Origin: Minisyncoccota bacterium
GTDB taxonomy: Bacteria; Patescibacteriota; Minisyncoccia; Phycocordibacterales; UBA9973
Reading direction: 5' to 3'
Length of the DNA stretch: 64,000 nucleotides
Assembly (NCBI GenBank): GCA_017991895.1
Contig: JAGOPR010000001.1
Coordinates: 13,089 to 77,088, forward strand
Positions 8,804 through 18,195 of the stretch are shown piece by piece. Positions within the stretch are counted from its first letter, which is position 1; every line of letters starts with the position of its first letter. Under the pieces are notes generated by a model. The model had not been told where the DNA came from and did no database searches. It worked only from the letters and a program-made list of their open reading frames with translations. A program made the translations under genes and the position numbers.

Positions 8804-10711
8804 TTATTTACCTTCTGTATCCTTTTTAACCTCTGCATCTTGAACAGGATCATCATTTTTTATTTCCTCTGGCTGAGGCTCGGCTGTTGTTCCAGTTTCA
8901 GTAGCTTGGCCTGCTTTCTGCATTGCCTCCCCTATCTTCATCATTTCATTTGAGAGGGCTTCAGTAGCTTTCTTGATAGCATCCATGTCGCTTCCATCTT
9001 TTGCTGTCTTAAGCTCAGCAATCTTTGCCTCAACAGCGGTCTTTACATCAGCTGGTACTTTGTCACCAGCATCCTTGAGACCTTTTTCTGCAGTAAAGAG
9101 AATCATGTCGGCTGTGTTCTTCACATCGGCAACTTCCTTCTTCTTCGCATCTTCATCTGCATGAAGCTCGGCGTCTTTTTGCATCTTTTCAATTTCTTCT
9201 TTTGAAAGACCTGAAGATGCTTCGATGCGAATAGATTGAGATTTTCCTGAAGCCTTGTCTTTTGCTGTTACTGAAAGGATTCCGTTCGCGTCCACATCAA
9301 ATGAAACTTCAACCTGTGGCATTCCGCGTGGTGCGGGTGGAATTCCATCAAGAATAAATTTTCCAAGAGATTTGTTGTCAGCAGCCATTGGACGTTCACC
9401 TTGAGAAATATGAATTTCTACGCTTGTCTGATTGTCTGCCGCAGTTGAGAATACTTGCGATTTCTGTGCAGGAATCGTGGTGTTCTTCTCAATGAGCTTC
9501 GTCGACACACCTCCCAATGTTTCTATTCCAAGAGAAAGCGGGATCACATCAAGAAGAAGAACGTCGCGTACTTCACCCTTAAGGACTCCACCTTGCACAG
9601 CCGCACCGAGAGCTACAACTTCATCAGGATTTACACCCATGTGAGGTTTCTTTCCGAAGAATTTTTCTACTTCAGCAATAATCGCAGGCATACGAGTCTG
9701 TCCTCCTACAAGAATTACTTCATTGATTTCAGAAACTTTAAATGGTGATGCTTCCACAGCGCGCTTGGTGATCATCATTGCACGGTCGATGTATTCACGA
9801 GTAAGATCTTCGAGTTCTGCACGCTTCATGGTGCGAACCAAGTGCATTGGACCAGCCTCGCCTGATGTGACGAATGGAATATTGATTTCAGTTTCAATTG
9901 CAGTTGAAAGCTCAATCTTTGCTTTTTCGGCAGCATCATCGAGACGCTGACGAGCGAGCGGGTCTTTTCGCAAATCAATTCCATTTTCTTTTTGGAATCC
10001 TTCTGCAAGCCAGTTCATGATTTTCTGGTCGACATCTTTTCCTCCGAGGTGTGAGTCACCGTCTGTAGATTTTACTTCGATGACATCATCGCCCACTTCG
10101 AGCACTGATACGTCGAATGTTCCTCCTCCGAAGTCGAAGACAGCGATCTTTTCATTTTTGTTTTTATTAAATCCGTATGCAAGCGCCGCAGCCGTTGGCT
10201 CGTTGATTATGCGCTTCACGTCAAGACCGGCAATCTTACCTGCGTCTTTTGTAGCCTGACGTTGTGCGTCGTTGAAGTATGCTGGCACAGTGATGACAGC
10301 TTCTGTAACAGTCTCGCCAAGTCGAGCTTCTACATCAGCTTTGATCTTTTGCAAAATCATCGCAGAGAGTTCTTCTGGACGGTAGAATTTGTCGCCCATT
10401 TTCACTTCCACTCCGCCATTGTCTGCCTTTCGCATTTCGAAAGGAATCATACTCAAATCTTTCTGCACTTCCGGATCGTTGAAATTGTGACCAATAAAGC
10501 GCTTGATTTGATAGATCGTATTTTTAGGATTTGTTATGCTCTGGCGTTTTGCGGTAACTCCCACCATTCGGTCGCCATTTTTTGCGAGCGCGATGATAGA
10601 AGGAGTAGTGCGCATACCCTCTGCATTTTCTATGATTTTTGGTGCACCTCCTTCAATGATTGCAACTGCACTGTTTGTTGTACCCAAGTCAATTCCGATG
10701 ATTTTTGACAT
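8804..10711 (-). CDS. dnaK: Chaperone DnaK (Hsp70)
   Basis: [18 protein letters not shown] and the full Hsp70 architecture. Confidence 0.97.
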   Translation of the reverse strand: MSKIIGIDLGTTNSAVAIIEGGAPKIIENAEGMRTTPSIIALAKNGDRMVGVTAKRQSITNPKNTIYQIKRFIGHNFNDPEVQKDLSMIPFEMRKADNGGVEVKMGDKFYRPEELSAMILQKIKADVEARLGETVTEAVITVPAYFNDAQRQATKDAGKIAGLDVKRIINEPTAAALAYGFNKNKNEKIAVFDFGGGTFDVSVLEVGDDVIEVKSTDGDSHLGGKDVDQKIMNWLAEGFQKENGIDLRKDPLARQRLDDAAEKAKIELSTAIETEINIPFVTSGEAGPMHLVRTMKRAELEDLTREYIDRAMMITKRAVEASPFKVSEINEVILVGGQTRMPAIIAEVEKFFGKKPHMGVNPDEVVALGAAVQGGVLKGEVRDVLLLDVIPLSLGIETLGGVSTKLIEKNTTIPAQKSQVFSTAADNQTSVEIHISQGERPMAADNKSLGKFILDGIPPAPRGMPQVEVSFDVDANGILSVTAKDKASGKSQSIRIEASSGLSKEEIEKMQKDAELHADEDAKKKEVADVKNTADMILFTAEKGLKDAGDKVPADVKTAVEAKIAELKTAKDGSDMDAIKKATEALSNEMMKIGEAMQKAGQATETGTTAEPQPEEIKNDDPVQDAEVKKDTEGK

Positions 10712-10778
10712 ATGATTTATGTGTAATTACTAATAATTTTATACCGTGCGCTGATTATATACTTCAACTTATTTTTTG

Positions 10779-10808
10779 ACAAGTTTTTAGCGGTCGCAAA
10801 AAACTTGT
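10779..10808. promoter_or_regulatory. 10-bp perfect inverted repeat ACAAGTTTTT-N10-AAAAACTTGT between divergent dnaK and the PaaX-like gene
   Basis: Overlaps the -35 regions of both divergent promoters (TTGTCA-N17-TATAAT for dnaK; TTGAAA-N17-TAAAAT for 10842). Confidence 0.4.
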
Positions 10809-10841
10809 TGAAATTATATTCAGGTATGCTAAAATGTCAAC

Positions 10842-11363
10842 ATGCAAAAAAAGCCCGATTTTACCAAGAAAATCCTCAATTCTCTTTCTGGGAAGAAGGC
10901 CGTTAGCGTACCTGAAATTAAGGCAAATTTTGAGCTACCCGAACAAAAATATGCAGTTACTCGTAGTATCAAAAATCTCGCTGATTCAGGGCTTGTAGAG
11001 CTTCTAGAGGGTGGTCAGGGTGAATATGCCCGCCTCACAAAGTCAGGTAGAATGAAGGCTACAAGTCATAAACTAGACTCTACAAGCTCCCTTGTTAACC
11101 CGGCATGGGACGGCAAATGGCGTATTATCCTCCTCGATCTACCAGAAGCCAGAAAAGCAGAACGCGAAGCGCTCCGCTACCTCCTCAAAAAAGCAGGATT
11201 CATAATGCTCAAAAACAGCGCTTGGATCTCCCCTTTTCCATTCGAATTCCTTTTCCAAAATCTGAAAAAAGATTTTGGTCTTTCAACTGAACTCATGATT
11301 ATAGTTACTGACTCCCTCGACCCCGAAACAGAGCTCGAGCTACGCAAATCATACAGCATGTAA
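10842..11363 (+). CDS. PaaX-family-like winged-helix transcriptional regulator
   Basis: N-terminal wHTH; C-terminal WDGKWRIILLDLPE...GF..L.NS.WISP resembles PaaX_C. Confidence 0.5.
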   Translation: MQKKPDFTKKILNSLSGKKAVSVPEIKANFELPEQKYAVTRSIKNLADSGLVELLEGGQGEYARLTKSGRMKATSHKLDSTSSLVNPAWDGKWRIILLDLPEARKAEREALRYLLKKAGFIMLKNSAWISPFPFEFLFQNLKKDFGLSTELMIIVTDSLDPETELELRKSYSM

Positions 11364-11370
11364 TTTCTTC

Positions 11371-11395
11371 TAGCCGGTAACCGGGTTACCGGCTA
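11371..11395. repeat. REP-like palindrome (copy 4), tagccggtaacc-g-ggttaccggcta
   Basis: Same core as the copies around the RAYT gene, 8 bp after the stop of the PaaX-like gene. Confidence 0.8.
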
Positions 11396-11446
11396 CTTGT
11401 AATCTGTCTTTTTTTGAAAAATGTGGTACAGTTTTGAAAAATAAAA

Positions 11447-11818
11447 TTGTACACTATGTGCGATTTCAACAAGCCCAGCTTCACGATTAATTCTGACAAG
11501 GGAAAAGTAAAATTGGTTCACTATCATCAGGAAGAGCATCAGCTCTTCGGTCTAGCAATACTTGAAGATGAAATATCTATCCGTCAGTTTGAAGGTAAAA
11601 TTTCAGACAAACGAATTGAACTATTTATTCAAGCATCAATGTACGACTCAGATAATAATGGCCAAACTTGTACCTTGTACGAATTTCCGGGTGAAGCATG
11701 GAAGGAAGGAGCTATAACAGAAGGAACATTTGTTCGTTCTGAAAAATCTTCTTCGAGAAACAAGACAGCGTGCAAACTCACAACGCACGCGACAAATTTA
11801 GTTCCATATCAGGAATAA
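11447..11818 (+). CDS. Hypothetical protein
   Basis: ORF only. Confidence 0.35.
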   Translation: MYTMCDFNKPSFTINSDKGKVKLVHYHQEEHQLFGLAILEDEISIRQFEGKISDKRIELFIQASMYDSDNNGQTCTLYEFPGEAWKEGAITEGTFVRSEKSSSRNKTACKLTTHATNLVPYQE

Positions 11819-11862
11819 CAGAGCCGGCAACACAAGTGTTGCCGGCTCAAAAACTATCTACA

Positions 11863-12468
11863 CTAAAAGTTTTGTCTGTTACCTTTGACTGTAAGCATGA
11901 ACAAGATAGCTCCAAACACGGCACCAATTGTATCCATAAGAATATCTTTTTGTGCATCCCAAATATCCCCTTGCGCCCCAAGTATTGCTATACCAGCAGA
12001 TGGATCAGAGAGCACTGCATATTGCCATTCAAATATTTCATATGCACCCGCTATTGCCATAATTACAAAAAGTCCGTAACTCCATGCTATTGCACGAGTT
12101 TTAACTAAACCTTTCATATAAAGAATCTCTGCAATTCCAAGCGAGTAAAATCCCACGCTCATATGAGCCACGCGGTCATACATGTTTCGAGTAAATCCAA
12201 ACAAATCGTTAAACCAGTCAAAAGGCACGTTTGCAAATGTATAGTGTGAACCAATAATGTGCATTACTGGGAACACTGCCATTAAAATATATGCGAGTGC
12301 TGAAACTCGTGTGCCCCGAATATACATTATAAAAAGGATGAGAACAGGAACTAGTGAAGTAAGAGCTTCCGCAAACCAAACACCTTTATCGAAAGGGTTG
12401 ATACCCGACCAAATAAAAAGCACAACATAAATAGTAAGCAAAATCGCCGGCACTAGATTTTTTCTCAT
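11863..12468 (-). CDS. Integral membrane protein (possibly YjdF/DUF2238-like)
   Basis: About 6 TM segments. Confidence 0.4.
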   Translation of the reverse strand: MRKNLVPAILLTIYVVLFIWSGINPFDKGVWFAEALTSLVPVLILFIMYIRGTRVSALAYILMAVFPVMHIIGSHYTFANVPFDWFNDLFGFTRNMYDRVAHMSVGFYSLGIAEILYMKGLVKTRAIAWSYGLFVIMAIAGAYEIFEWQYAVLSDPSAGIAILGAQGDIWDAQKDILMDTIGAVFGAILFMLTVKGNRQNF

Positions 12469-12504
12469 ACATAAATTATATCAAACATATAAAGCAAAAG
12501 CCTG

Positions 12505-12756
12505 CTATTCTGCAGGCTCTTCGCTACTATCATCTTTGGACCATGTCCACGAGTGAAAAAATGTACCCTTGATAAACATTACTGATATGCTAGCTATTAA
12601 TAGCACTGAGAAGAAAATAAATACTTCAATATTGTCATTGAGGCTATCAGTAAAGTACATATAAGGAATAAATATGATGCCGGAAGAAATCCCAGCGATT
12701 GCGAGTATATAAAGACAAACTCGCAAAACTGTTGGTTCGTGAGTTTGGTCTTTCAT
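12505..12756 (-). CDS. Small membrane protein
   Basis: Two TM helices; hairpin terminator at 12489-12512. Confidence 0.35.
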   Translation of the reverse strand: MKDQTHEPTVLRVCLYILAIAGISSGIIFIPYMYFTDSLNDNIEVFIFFSVLLIASISVMFIKGTFFHSWTWSKDDSSEEPAE

Positions 12757-12827
12757 AGCCGTAATATTTTGATTTAACCTATACTCACAAAAATCCGCTG
12801 TTTGGTCAACAACGGATTTTTTATGCT

Positions 12828-13436
12828 CTAGCTCTTTAACTCGTACACCTTCACCCGTGCTGGGCGGATAATGCGGTCGCCGTTTTTATATCCCTTCTGC
12901 ATTACTACTGCGATTGTGTGTTCTTTTGATTCGTCATCAGTCGGAATTGTATCTACACCCTCATGCAACGTTGCATCAAGTGCATCTCCTTCTTTGGGTG
13001 CGATTTCATCCACACCATTTTCGGACAAGACCTTGAGAAGCTGGGAATGAATATATTCAACACCCGTACTCCAAGCCTTATCTACTTTGCTCCAAGCCTC
13101 CTTGTTGGCAGACATCATGTCGTAGGCATCAAGCACAGGAAGAAGCTCCTCCACAAACTGTTCACGGGCGAAAGAAAGTGTTTGCTTTTTCCGTTCGTCT
13201 TCTCCTTTTTTGTAGTTTATAAAGTCTGCACGCTCTTTCTGCCAATTTGTAAGATAGTCAGCTTTCTCTGTCTGAGCAGTTTTAAGATCTTCGCGAAGTT
13301 TTTTTATCTTATCCTTAGATAAAGCCTCACCTTCCCCTTCAGCGGTTTCCTCAAAAACGACATCGTCGTTTGATACTTCATTTATTTCATTCTCGTTATT
13401 GTCTGACATCCCGTTAGAGATAGGTCGCGATCGCAT
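12828..13436 (-). CDS. grpE: Nucleotide exchange factor GrpE
   Basis: Coiled-coil N-terminus and the conserved C-terminal beta domain (IRPARVKV). Confidence 0.88.
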   Translation of the reverse strand: MRSRPISNGMSDNNENEINEVSNDDVVFEETAEGEGEALSKDKIKKLREDLKTAQTEKADYLTNWQKERADFINYKKGEDERKKQTLSFAREQFVEELLPVLDAYDMMSANKEAWSKVDKAWSTGVEYIHSQLLKVLSENGVDEIAPKEGDALDATLHEGVDTIPTDDESKEHTIAVVMQKGYKNGDRIIRPARVKVYELKS

Positions 13437-13657
13437 AATTGCAAATACTAACTATCAAATTATTGACTTATAAGACTTCCATTTATTACTACCCGCATAT
13501 CGTGACCGCGATCTCTAACGGGAACATGCGTCTATTCTAGCTACATTAGATTTTTTATCAAGAGCCATAAATTTGAATCATATACCTCAATTGACAAAAT
13601 TACGCCGAGAAGTAAAGTTAAAATCAAGTACTATCTCTAACAAATAAAACATATCGT

Positions 13658-14026
13658 ATGCAACTGCACAATGGAGTAACTCGTCTAGCTTTTGAAGAGC
13701 ATTCATTTTTTTCACAGATTATCTGTATGTCATTACCTGAAATAGAAAAAATTATTGAGGGCCTAATTGACACTGATACATTTGAAGGTCACGAAAAACA
13801 CGAAACCTTACTCGACGAAGCCGAAAGAGCTGTTATCGCTTACAGCTTAAAAATTGAAGAAGAAGCAGGTAATGATGCAAATTTACTCGTTAAGGCCAGA
13901 ACAATAAGAGCATTTGGCCACACCATGATTAAACACGCACGCGAAATTGAGCAGACTCGCGAAATCAAAGTTACGCGTGGTGGTGCAATTTTTGTGCAAC
14001 ACAAACCAATATTAATGCTTGAGTAG
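13658..14026 (+). CDS. Hypothetical protein
   Basis: ORF; terminator at 14049-14082. Confidence 0.35.
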   Translation: MQLHNGVTRLAFEEHSFFSQIICMSLPEIEKIIEGLIDTDTFEGHEKHETLLDEAERAVIAYSLKIEEEAGNDANLLVKARTIRAFGHTMIKHAREIEQTREIKVTRGGAIFVQHKPILMLE

Positions 14027-14087
14027 ACCTATCTTTCCCTATCTCTACCGCCCCAGAACAACGGGGCGGTAAAATTTTGTCCATTTT

Positions 14088-14459
14088 TTGTTTGACAAAA
14101 CAGGTATTTTAGGTTATAAATATACAAACTTAAAAAATAGCCAAATGCAACCAAACCATCAAAAAGTACTCGGAAGTTACCTAGACACAAAGCAAGACGT
14201 TGCTTTAAGCAAGATGCTGGTGTCTAAACTAGGCATTAAAGATGAGCAAGAAATACTTGTTTGTATGCTCTTTGGAAAACTCGGCAAGCACAAAACAGTC
14301 GATTTCCTTAATGAACATGAAACAAGCATCGTCCAAAGTATCTGCGACGAGCTAGAAATCACGCTCAACGAAGCAGAAACCATTACCGATATGGCCGGTG
14401 TTATGGGTATTCTTCTAACAAGAGAAAGCCTTCTTAAAAATGCGGTTAAAATGCAGTAG
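14088..14459 (+). CDS. Hypothetical protein
   Basis: ORF; terminator at 14474-14505. Confidence 0.35.
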   Translation: MFDKTGILGYKYTNLKNSQMQPNHQKVLGSYLDTKQDVALSKMLVSKLGIKDEQEILVCMLFGKLGKHKTVDFLNEHETSIVQSICDELEITLNEAETITDMAGVMGILLTRESLLKNAVKMQ

Positions 14460-14473
14460 AAGAAATTATGGCT

Positions 14474-14505
14474 AAAATGCCACCCGCCAACGGGTGGCAT
14501 TTTCT
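14474..14505 (+). terminator. Rho-independent terminator
   Basis: aaaatgccacccg / cgggtggcatttt. Confidence 0.7.
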
Positions 14506-14582
14506 ATGGTTGACCCAGTAGTAGGTTTTGGCTAGGTTCGAAGAACGCGCCCTCGGCGCATAACCAAAATTCACTACTGGGT

Positions 14583-14612
14583 TGACTTTTTCAACTGGAG
14601 ATGATATAATGG
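14583..14612 (+). promoter_or_regulatory. Promoter TTGACT-N17-TATAAT for the cold-shock gene, about 75-nt 5'UTR
   Basis: Hexamers read directly; long leader is typical for csp genes. Confidence 0.5.
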
Positions 14613-14692
14613 ATGTACAGAGAAGTTGGGTTCGAAAAGAGTCGATTTGAAGAGCAGATTTCAATGTATTTAGAAGACTAATCAAAAAATCA

Positions 14693-14890
14693 ATGACTGG
14701 AACAATCAAAAAGCTCACAGACAAAGGTTTCGGATTCATCGCGGCAGAAGGTCTTGAAAAAGATCTTTTCTTCCACTCAAAGAATCTCGTCGGCGTTATG
14801 TTCGACGAACTTCGAGAAGGTGAAGCTGTTTCTTTCGAAACAGAAGACTCTCCGAAAGGTATGAACGCTGTAAACGTACAGCGCGCATAG
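14693..14890 (+). CDS. cspA: Cold-shock protein (CspA family)
   Basis: KGFGFI RNP1 motif; 65 aa. Confidence 0.95.
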   Translation: MTGTIKKLTDKGFGFIAAEGLEKDLFFHSKNLVGVMFDELREGEAVSFETEDSPKGMNAVNVQRA

Positions 14891-14905
14891 TCACTCGTGA
14901 CTAAA

Positions 14906-14936
14906 AAATCCCCTTAGTTGGGGATTTTTTAGTACA
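14906..14936 (+). terminator. Rho-independent terminator after csp
   Basis: aaaaaatccccttagttggggattttttag. Confidence 0.75.
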
Positions 14937-15052
14937 CGGTGAAGCCACAGCGATGTCGGCTCGCCGACCGCGAGGCGGGGTCGAGAACACTTAGTCCGCA
15001 CAGGATGTAATCATCCGAGCAGACTTAGTGATTCGTGACTCTAAGAGCTAAC

Positions 15053-15088
15053 AAAAGCCCCGCCACGAAAGTGGCGGGGCTTTTGTAT
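15053..15088. terminator. Hairpin terminator (bidirectional)
   Basis: aaagccccgccac gaaa gtggcggggcttt, T-runs on both sides. Confidence 0.65.
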
Positions 15089-15290
15089 TGTGTTTCGAAA
15101 AAAAATTATTTTTTCTTATCCTTCTTTGGCTTTTTTGCCTCCTTCTTATGTGATACTCCTTTTGCCATATGATTAGTAAGTAGGTAGTAGAAAGTAGTTA
15201 GTAGTAAAAATGCGAATGAATTCCTACTATCTACTAATTACTTACTACTAACTTTAAAAGTTAATAATTATGAACATTTAAAGTATATCA

Positions 15291-15833
15291 CTAATTTCCC
15301 AAAAAATTAGCAACAAAGTCAGCAGGGAAATTTGCGATAAATATTACCAAGTACAAAACAATAAATATAACTGGTATAACCTTTTCAATATGAGACATCG
15401 GGCGGTATTTTTTCTTGTCAGTACCACCACCAAGTATTCTCCACTCTGTCTTATACAGTGTGGCAGGTAGCTTTGATTCTAACGCGTGAATCACTTTAAA
15501 TTTGGCACGGTTGAGCTGAGTGTAGGAATTTATTATAAGATACCAAGAATAACAAAGTGCGATACCGATAAGCGGTACGAGCGTAAAAATACTTGGAATA
15601 TTTGCACCGGAGCTACCTTCGCTAGCATCAATGTAGCCCAAGAAAGCCATGATTGCCGTATTTAAACCGAGGAAGAATTCGTTCGCTTTTTGTCTGCGCT
15701 CCACTGTGTGATTGAAAATATGCAAATACAAACGATACTGCTCGATGTAGTGATCGATGTATTCTTTTGGATGTTCGCTTTTGTGATGCGAAGGATCCGG
15801 AACAAGCATTTTGTCTATCTCTTGATCGTCCAT
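15291..15833 (-). CDS. Hypothetical membrane protein
   Basis: ORF with TM segments. Confidence 0.4.
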   Translation of the reverse strand: MDDQEIDKMLVPDPSHHKSEHPKEYIDHYIEQYRLYLHIFNHTVERRQKANEFFLGLNTAIMAFLGYIDASEGSSGANIPSIFTLVPLIGIALCYSWYLIINSYTQLNRAKFKVIHALESKLPATLYKTEWRILGGGTDKKKYRPMSHIEKVIPVIFIVLYLVIFIANFPADFVANFLGN

Positions 15834-15973
15834 CCTGTAGTGAAAAATGACATAACCTTGCGGTTTAAATGTTCATAATTTTGCTAATTTGATAAATATC
15901 GACGATGAAATCTCCTCTTCAATTTCTACACACCCGCAATGTCATTTTCTACTACGGGATCCATATTTTAATT

Positions 15974-16747
15974 CTATATTAGAAATATAAAAAATACGAT
16001 AGCAAGCAATATTCGATAAACCCCAAACGGTATAAATGTACTAGTCTGTACAAATTTCAGCAACAATTTAATTGAGATAATTGCCGACACAAATGCTGTA
16101 AGTAATCCGATTCCGAGTAAAACTGTCTCGCTCGAACTGAATGAAAATCCACTTTTAAGCAGGTCGAGCCCTGTCGCTCCAATCATTGTAGGAATCGCAA
16201 GTAAAAACGAAAACTCGACAATAGTTACTCTCGAAATCCCGAGAAACAAACCTCCAACAATAGTTGAGGCTGATCGAGAAACCCCCGGAACAATGGCGAG
16301 CGTTTGCCATAGCCCTATTATAAATGCCTGCTTGTACGTAATCGATTCGATTTCTGAGACCGTATCACCTTTCCCCTTTTTCCAGATCTCGAAAGCAATC
16401 AAAGCTACTCCCCCTATTGCAAGCGACCAAAGTACGACGTTTGAATTACCGAGTAAATATTGCTTGATGTACCGATAGAATATGAGCCCTACGATAACAG
16501 TTGGAATAAACGCCACGGCAACCCTTTTAAAAATTTTAAAATTAAGAAATATTTTTTTGAAATATAGTACAACGACCGCTAGTATTGCGCCGAGCTGAAT
16601 TATTATCTCAAAGCTTTTTACAAAATCTGTAGACTGTATACCAAGCGCTTTTGTAGTAAGTATCAAATGCCCAGTTGATGAAATAGGGAGAAATTCAGTA
16701 ACTCCTTCTATGAGGCCGAGAACAATTGCGTGAAAAAAATTAAACAT
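15974..16747 (-). CDS. uppP: Undecaprenyl-diphosphatase
   Basis: N-terminal LGLIEGVTEFLPISSTGHL signature of BacA/UppP. Confidence 0.9.
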   Translation of the reverse strand: MFNFFHAIVLGLIEGVTEFLPISSTGHLILTTKALGIQSTDFVKSFEIIIQLGAILAVVVLYFKKIFLNFKIFKRVAVAFIPTVIVGLIFYRYIKQYLLGNSNVVLWSLAIGGVALIAFEIWKKGKGDTVSEIESITYKQAFIIGLWQTLAIVPGVSRSASTIVGGLFLGISRVTIVEFSFLLAIPTMIGATGLDLLKSGFSFSSSETVLLGIGLLTAFVSAIISIKLLLKFVQTSTFIPFGVYRILLAIVFFIFLI

Positions 16748-16765
16748 TTGTTGATTGATTATATA

Positions 16766-17275
16766 TTAGGCACGCCTTGTATCATAAGCCCAATGTAGTA
16801 GTGCCTGCTTTTGCTTTGGGCGACATAGCGCATCCCCTGTTTTGCAGTTCTGTTTTATCTGAGCAATATGCCGTCTCATAGCCTTCCAGCGCTTTATCTG
16901 CCTCGTGTCCTCGTCCTGTATACGCCTGCCCATATAATACCGGCAATACCACTGAAACCAGCCTCTAGGATCGTCTTTGTATATCCAGCCCTTCCTTCGC
17001 CATTCAGACAAAGTCTGCGATGCATTGACCTTAAAATAGTTCAAATTTGGATCATGTTTATGCGGAGAAAGCTTGGCTTTCGTAAACCAGCTTTTCGGAA
17101 ACTCATTTTTCCCGTCTGTCATATATTCTCCACCAAATACTCCAAGTTCAAGCATTTGCTTCGGCGTAAGTTCTGGACGAAACTCCGGATGAAAATTCTT
17201 ACCCTCTTTTTCGATGAGTTCGTACTTATAGCCCTTCTGCATTCTGTCATTAACGTGGATAATTTTTGGCTTCAT
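16766..17275 (-). CDS. Conserved hypothetical protein (Trp/Arg-rich)
   Basis: ORF; no family recognised with confidence. Confidence 0.35.
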   Translation of the reverse strand: MKPKIIHVNDRMQKGYKYELIEKEGKNFHPEFRPELTPKQMLELGVFGGEYMTDGKNEFPKSWFTKAKLSPHKHDPNLNYFKVNASQTLSEWRRKGWIYKDDPRGWFQWYCRYYMGRRIQDEDTRQIKRWKAMRRHIAQIKQNCKTGDALCRPKQKQALLHWAYDTRRA

Positions 17276-17818
17276 TTACTTGCTTGCGAGATAATTTTCT
17301 GCCTCCTTTTGCTTCCTGCGTTTCCTATAGTCATGAATAAGTATGCCAAGAAACACAATAAGCAGGAGAGAGTAGTTGATGATCATAAACCATTTGTTTG
17401 CCCACGAAACACCGTACGGAAATCTATATTCGGAGATTGGAAATAAAAACGGTGTTGGGTAAAAATTTATCGAATGCGACGGGATATCAATTAAAATATG
17501 AAGTGCCCATCCAAATAAAAACAACGCGGGGCGTCTAAATACTATCCACAGGAATATAAAAACTAGAGCCCAAACTACAATTGAATGACTATATTGATAA
17601 AGTATCGGCGAAAGATCGTGGTGAGAGTGTCTAAAAAAACTTACTCCATCTCTTATCATACTCGGAGCAGAAAGTAGCAGTGGAATTCCAAACGCAAAAA
17701 AATCTGGGAATACCCCAAAAAAGGCCGTCCAGCCGACGTTAAACTTATGCTTGGTAGATTTAGCATTCAATCCCCTCGCTCCTGCAGCTGCCCATAATGT
17801 GTGTGCAAAAATATCCAT
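17276..17818 (-). CDS. Membrane-bound metal-dependent hydrolase, YdjM/DUF457-like
   Basis: TM helices and His clusters (HSHHD, HILIDIPSH). Confidence 0.45.
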   Translation of the reverse strand: MDIFAHTLWAAAGARGLNAKSTKHKFNVGWTAFFGVFPDFFAFGIPLLLSAPSMIRDGVSFFRHSHHDLSPILYQYSHSIVVWALVFIFLWIVFRRPALFLFGWALHILIDIPSHSINFYPTPFLFPISEYRFPYGVSWANKWFMIINYSLLLIVFLGILIHDYRKRRKQKEAENYLASK

Positions 17819-17830
17819 ACAGTAATGAAA

Positions 17831-18160
17831 TTATCTAATAGCTCCTTCTGCTTTTAACTTTATTAGTTTACCAGTATATCCTCCGCGATTATAATCTCCA
17901 ATTTTTCCGTCACTTCTTATTACTCTGTGACACGGGATATTTTCGTCATAATTAGACTTCATTATCGAACCCACAGCACGGGAGGCGTTGGGGCTTCCAG
18001 CCATCTTGGCGACCTCCTTATAGGTCATCGTACTGCCTTTTGGGATACTAGCTACAACTGATTTTACTCTCTCGGAAAATATCATTTTTTTCACGCAGAT
18101 ATTATACCTTTTCCCCACATTTAAAATTATTGACAAATACCCACTTAGTGGTAAATTCAC
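17831..18160 (-). CDS. Methylated-DNA-[protein]-cysteine S-methyltransferase family protein (DNA-binding domain only)
   Basis: Active-site PCHRV motif; 109 aa. Confidence 0.75.
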   Translation of the reverse strand: MNLPLSGYLSIILNVGKRYNICVKKMIFSERVKSVVASIPKGSTMTYKEVAKMAGSPNASRAVGSIMKSNYDENIPCHRVIRSDGKIGDYNRGGYTGKLIKLKAEGAIR

Positions 18161-18195
18161 GTCAAATCTAACGTAAACAATTAAATATTAGCGAT

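Noticed and set aside
13437-13657. CIRCE (HrcA operator) upstream of grpE and dnaK
   Set aside because: No TTAGCACTC-N9-GAGTGCTAA match in either leader. Only the non-canonical inverted repeats reported as findings are present.
14937-15052. SRP (4.5S) RNA or tmRNA identity for the GC-rich island
   Set aside because: No GGAA-tetraloop/AGCAGC helix-8 signature and no tRNA-like ends. Kept only as an unclassified sRNA candidate.
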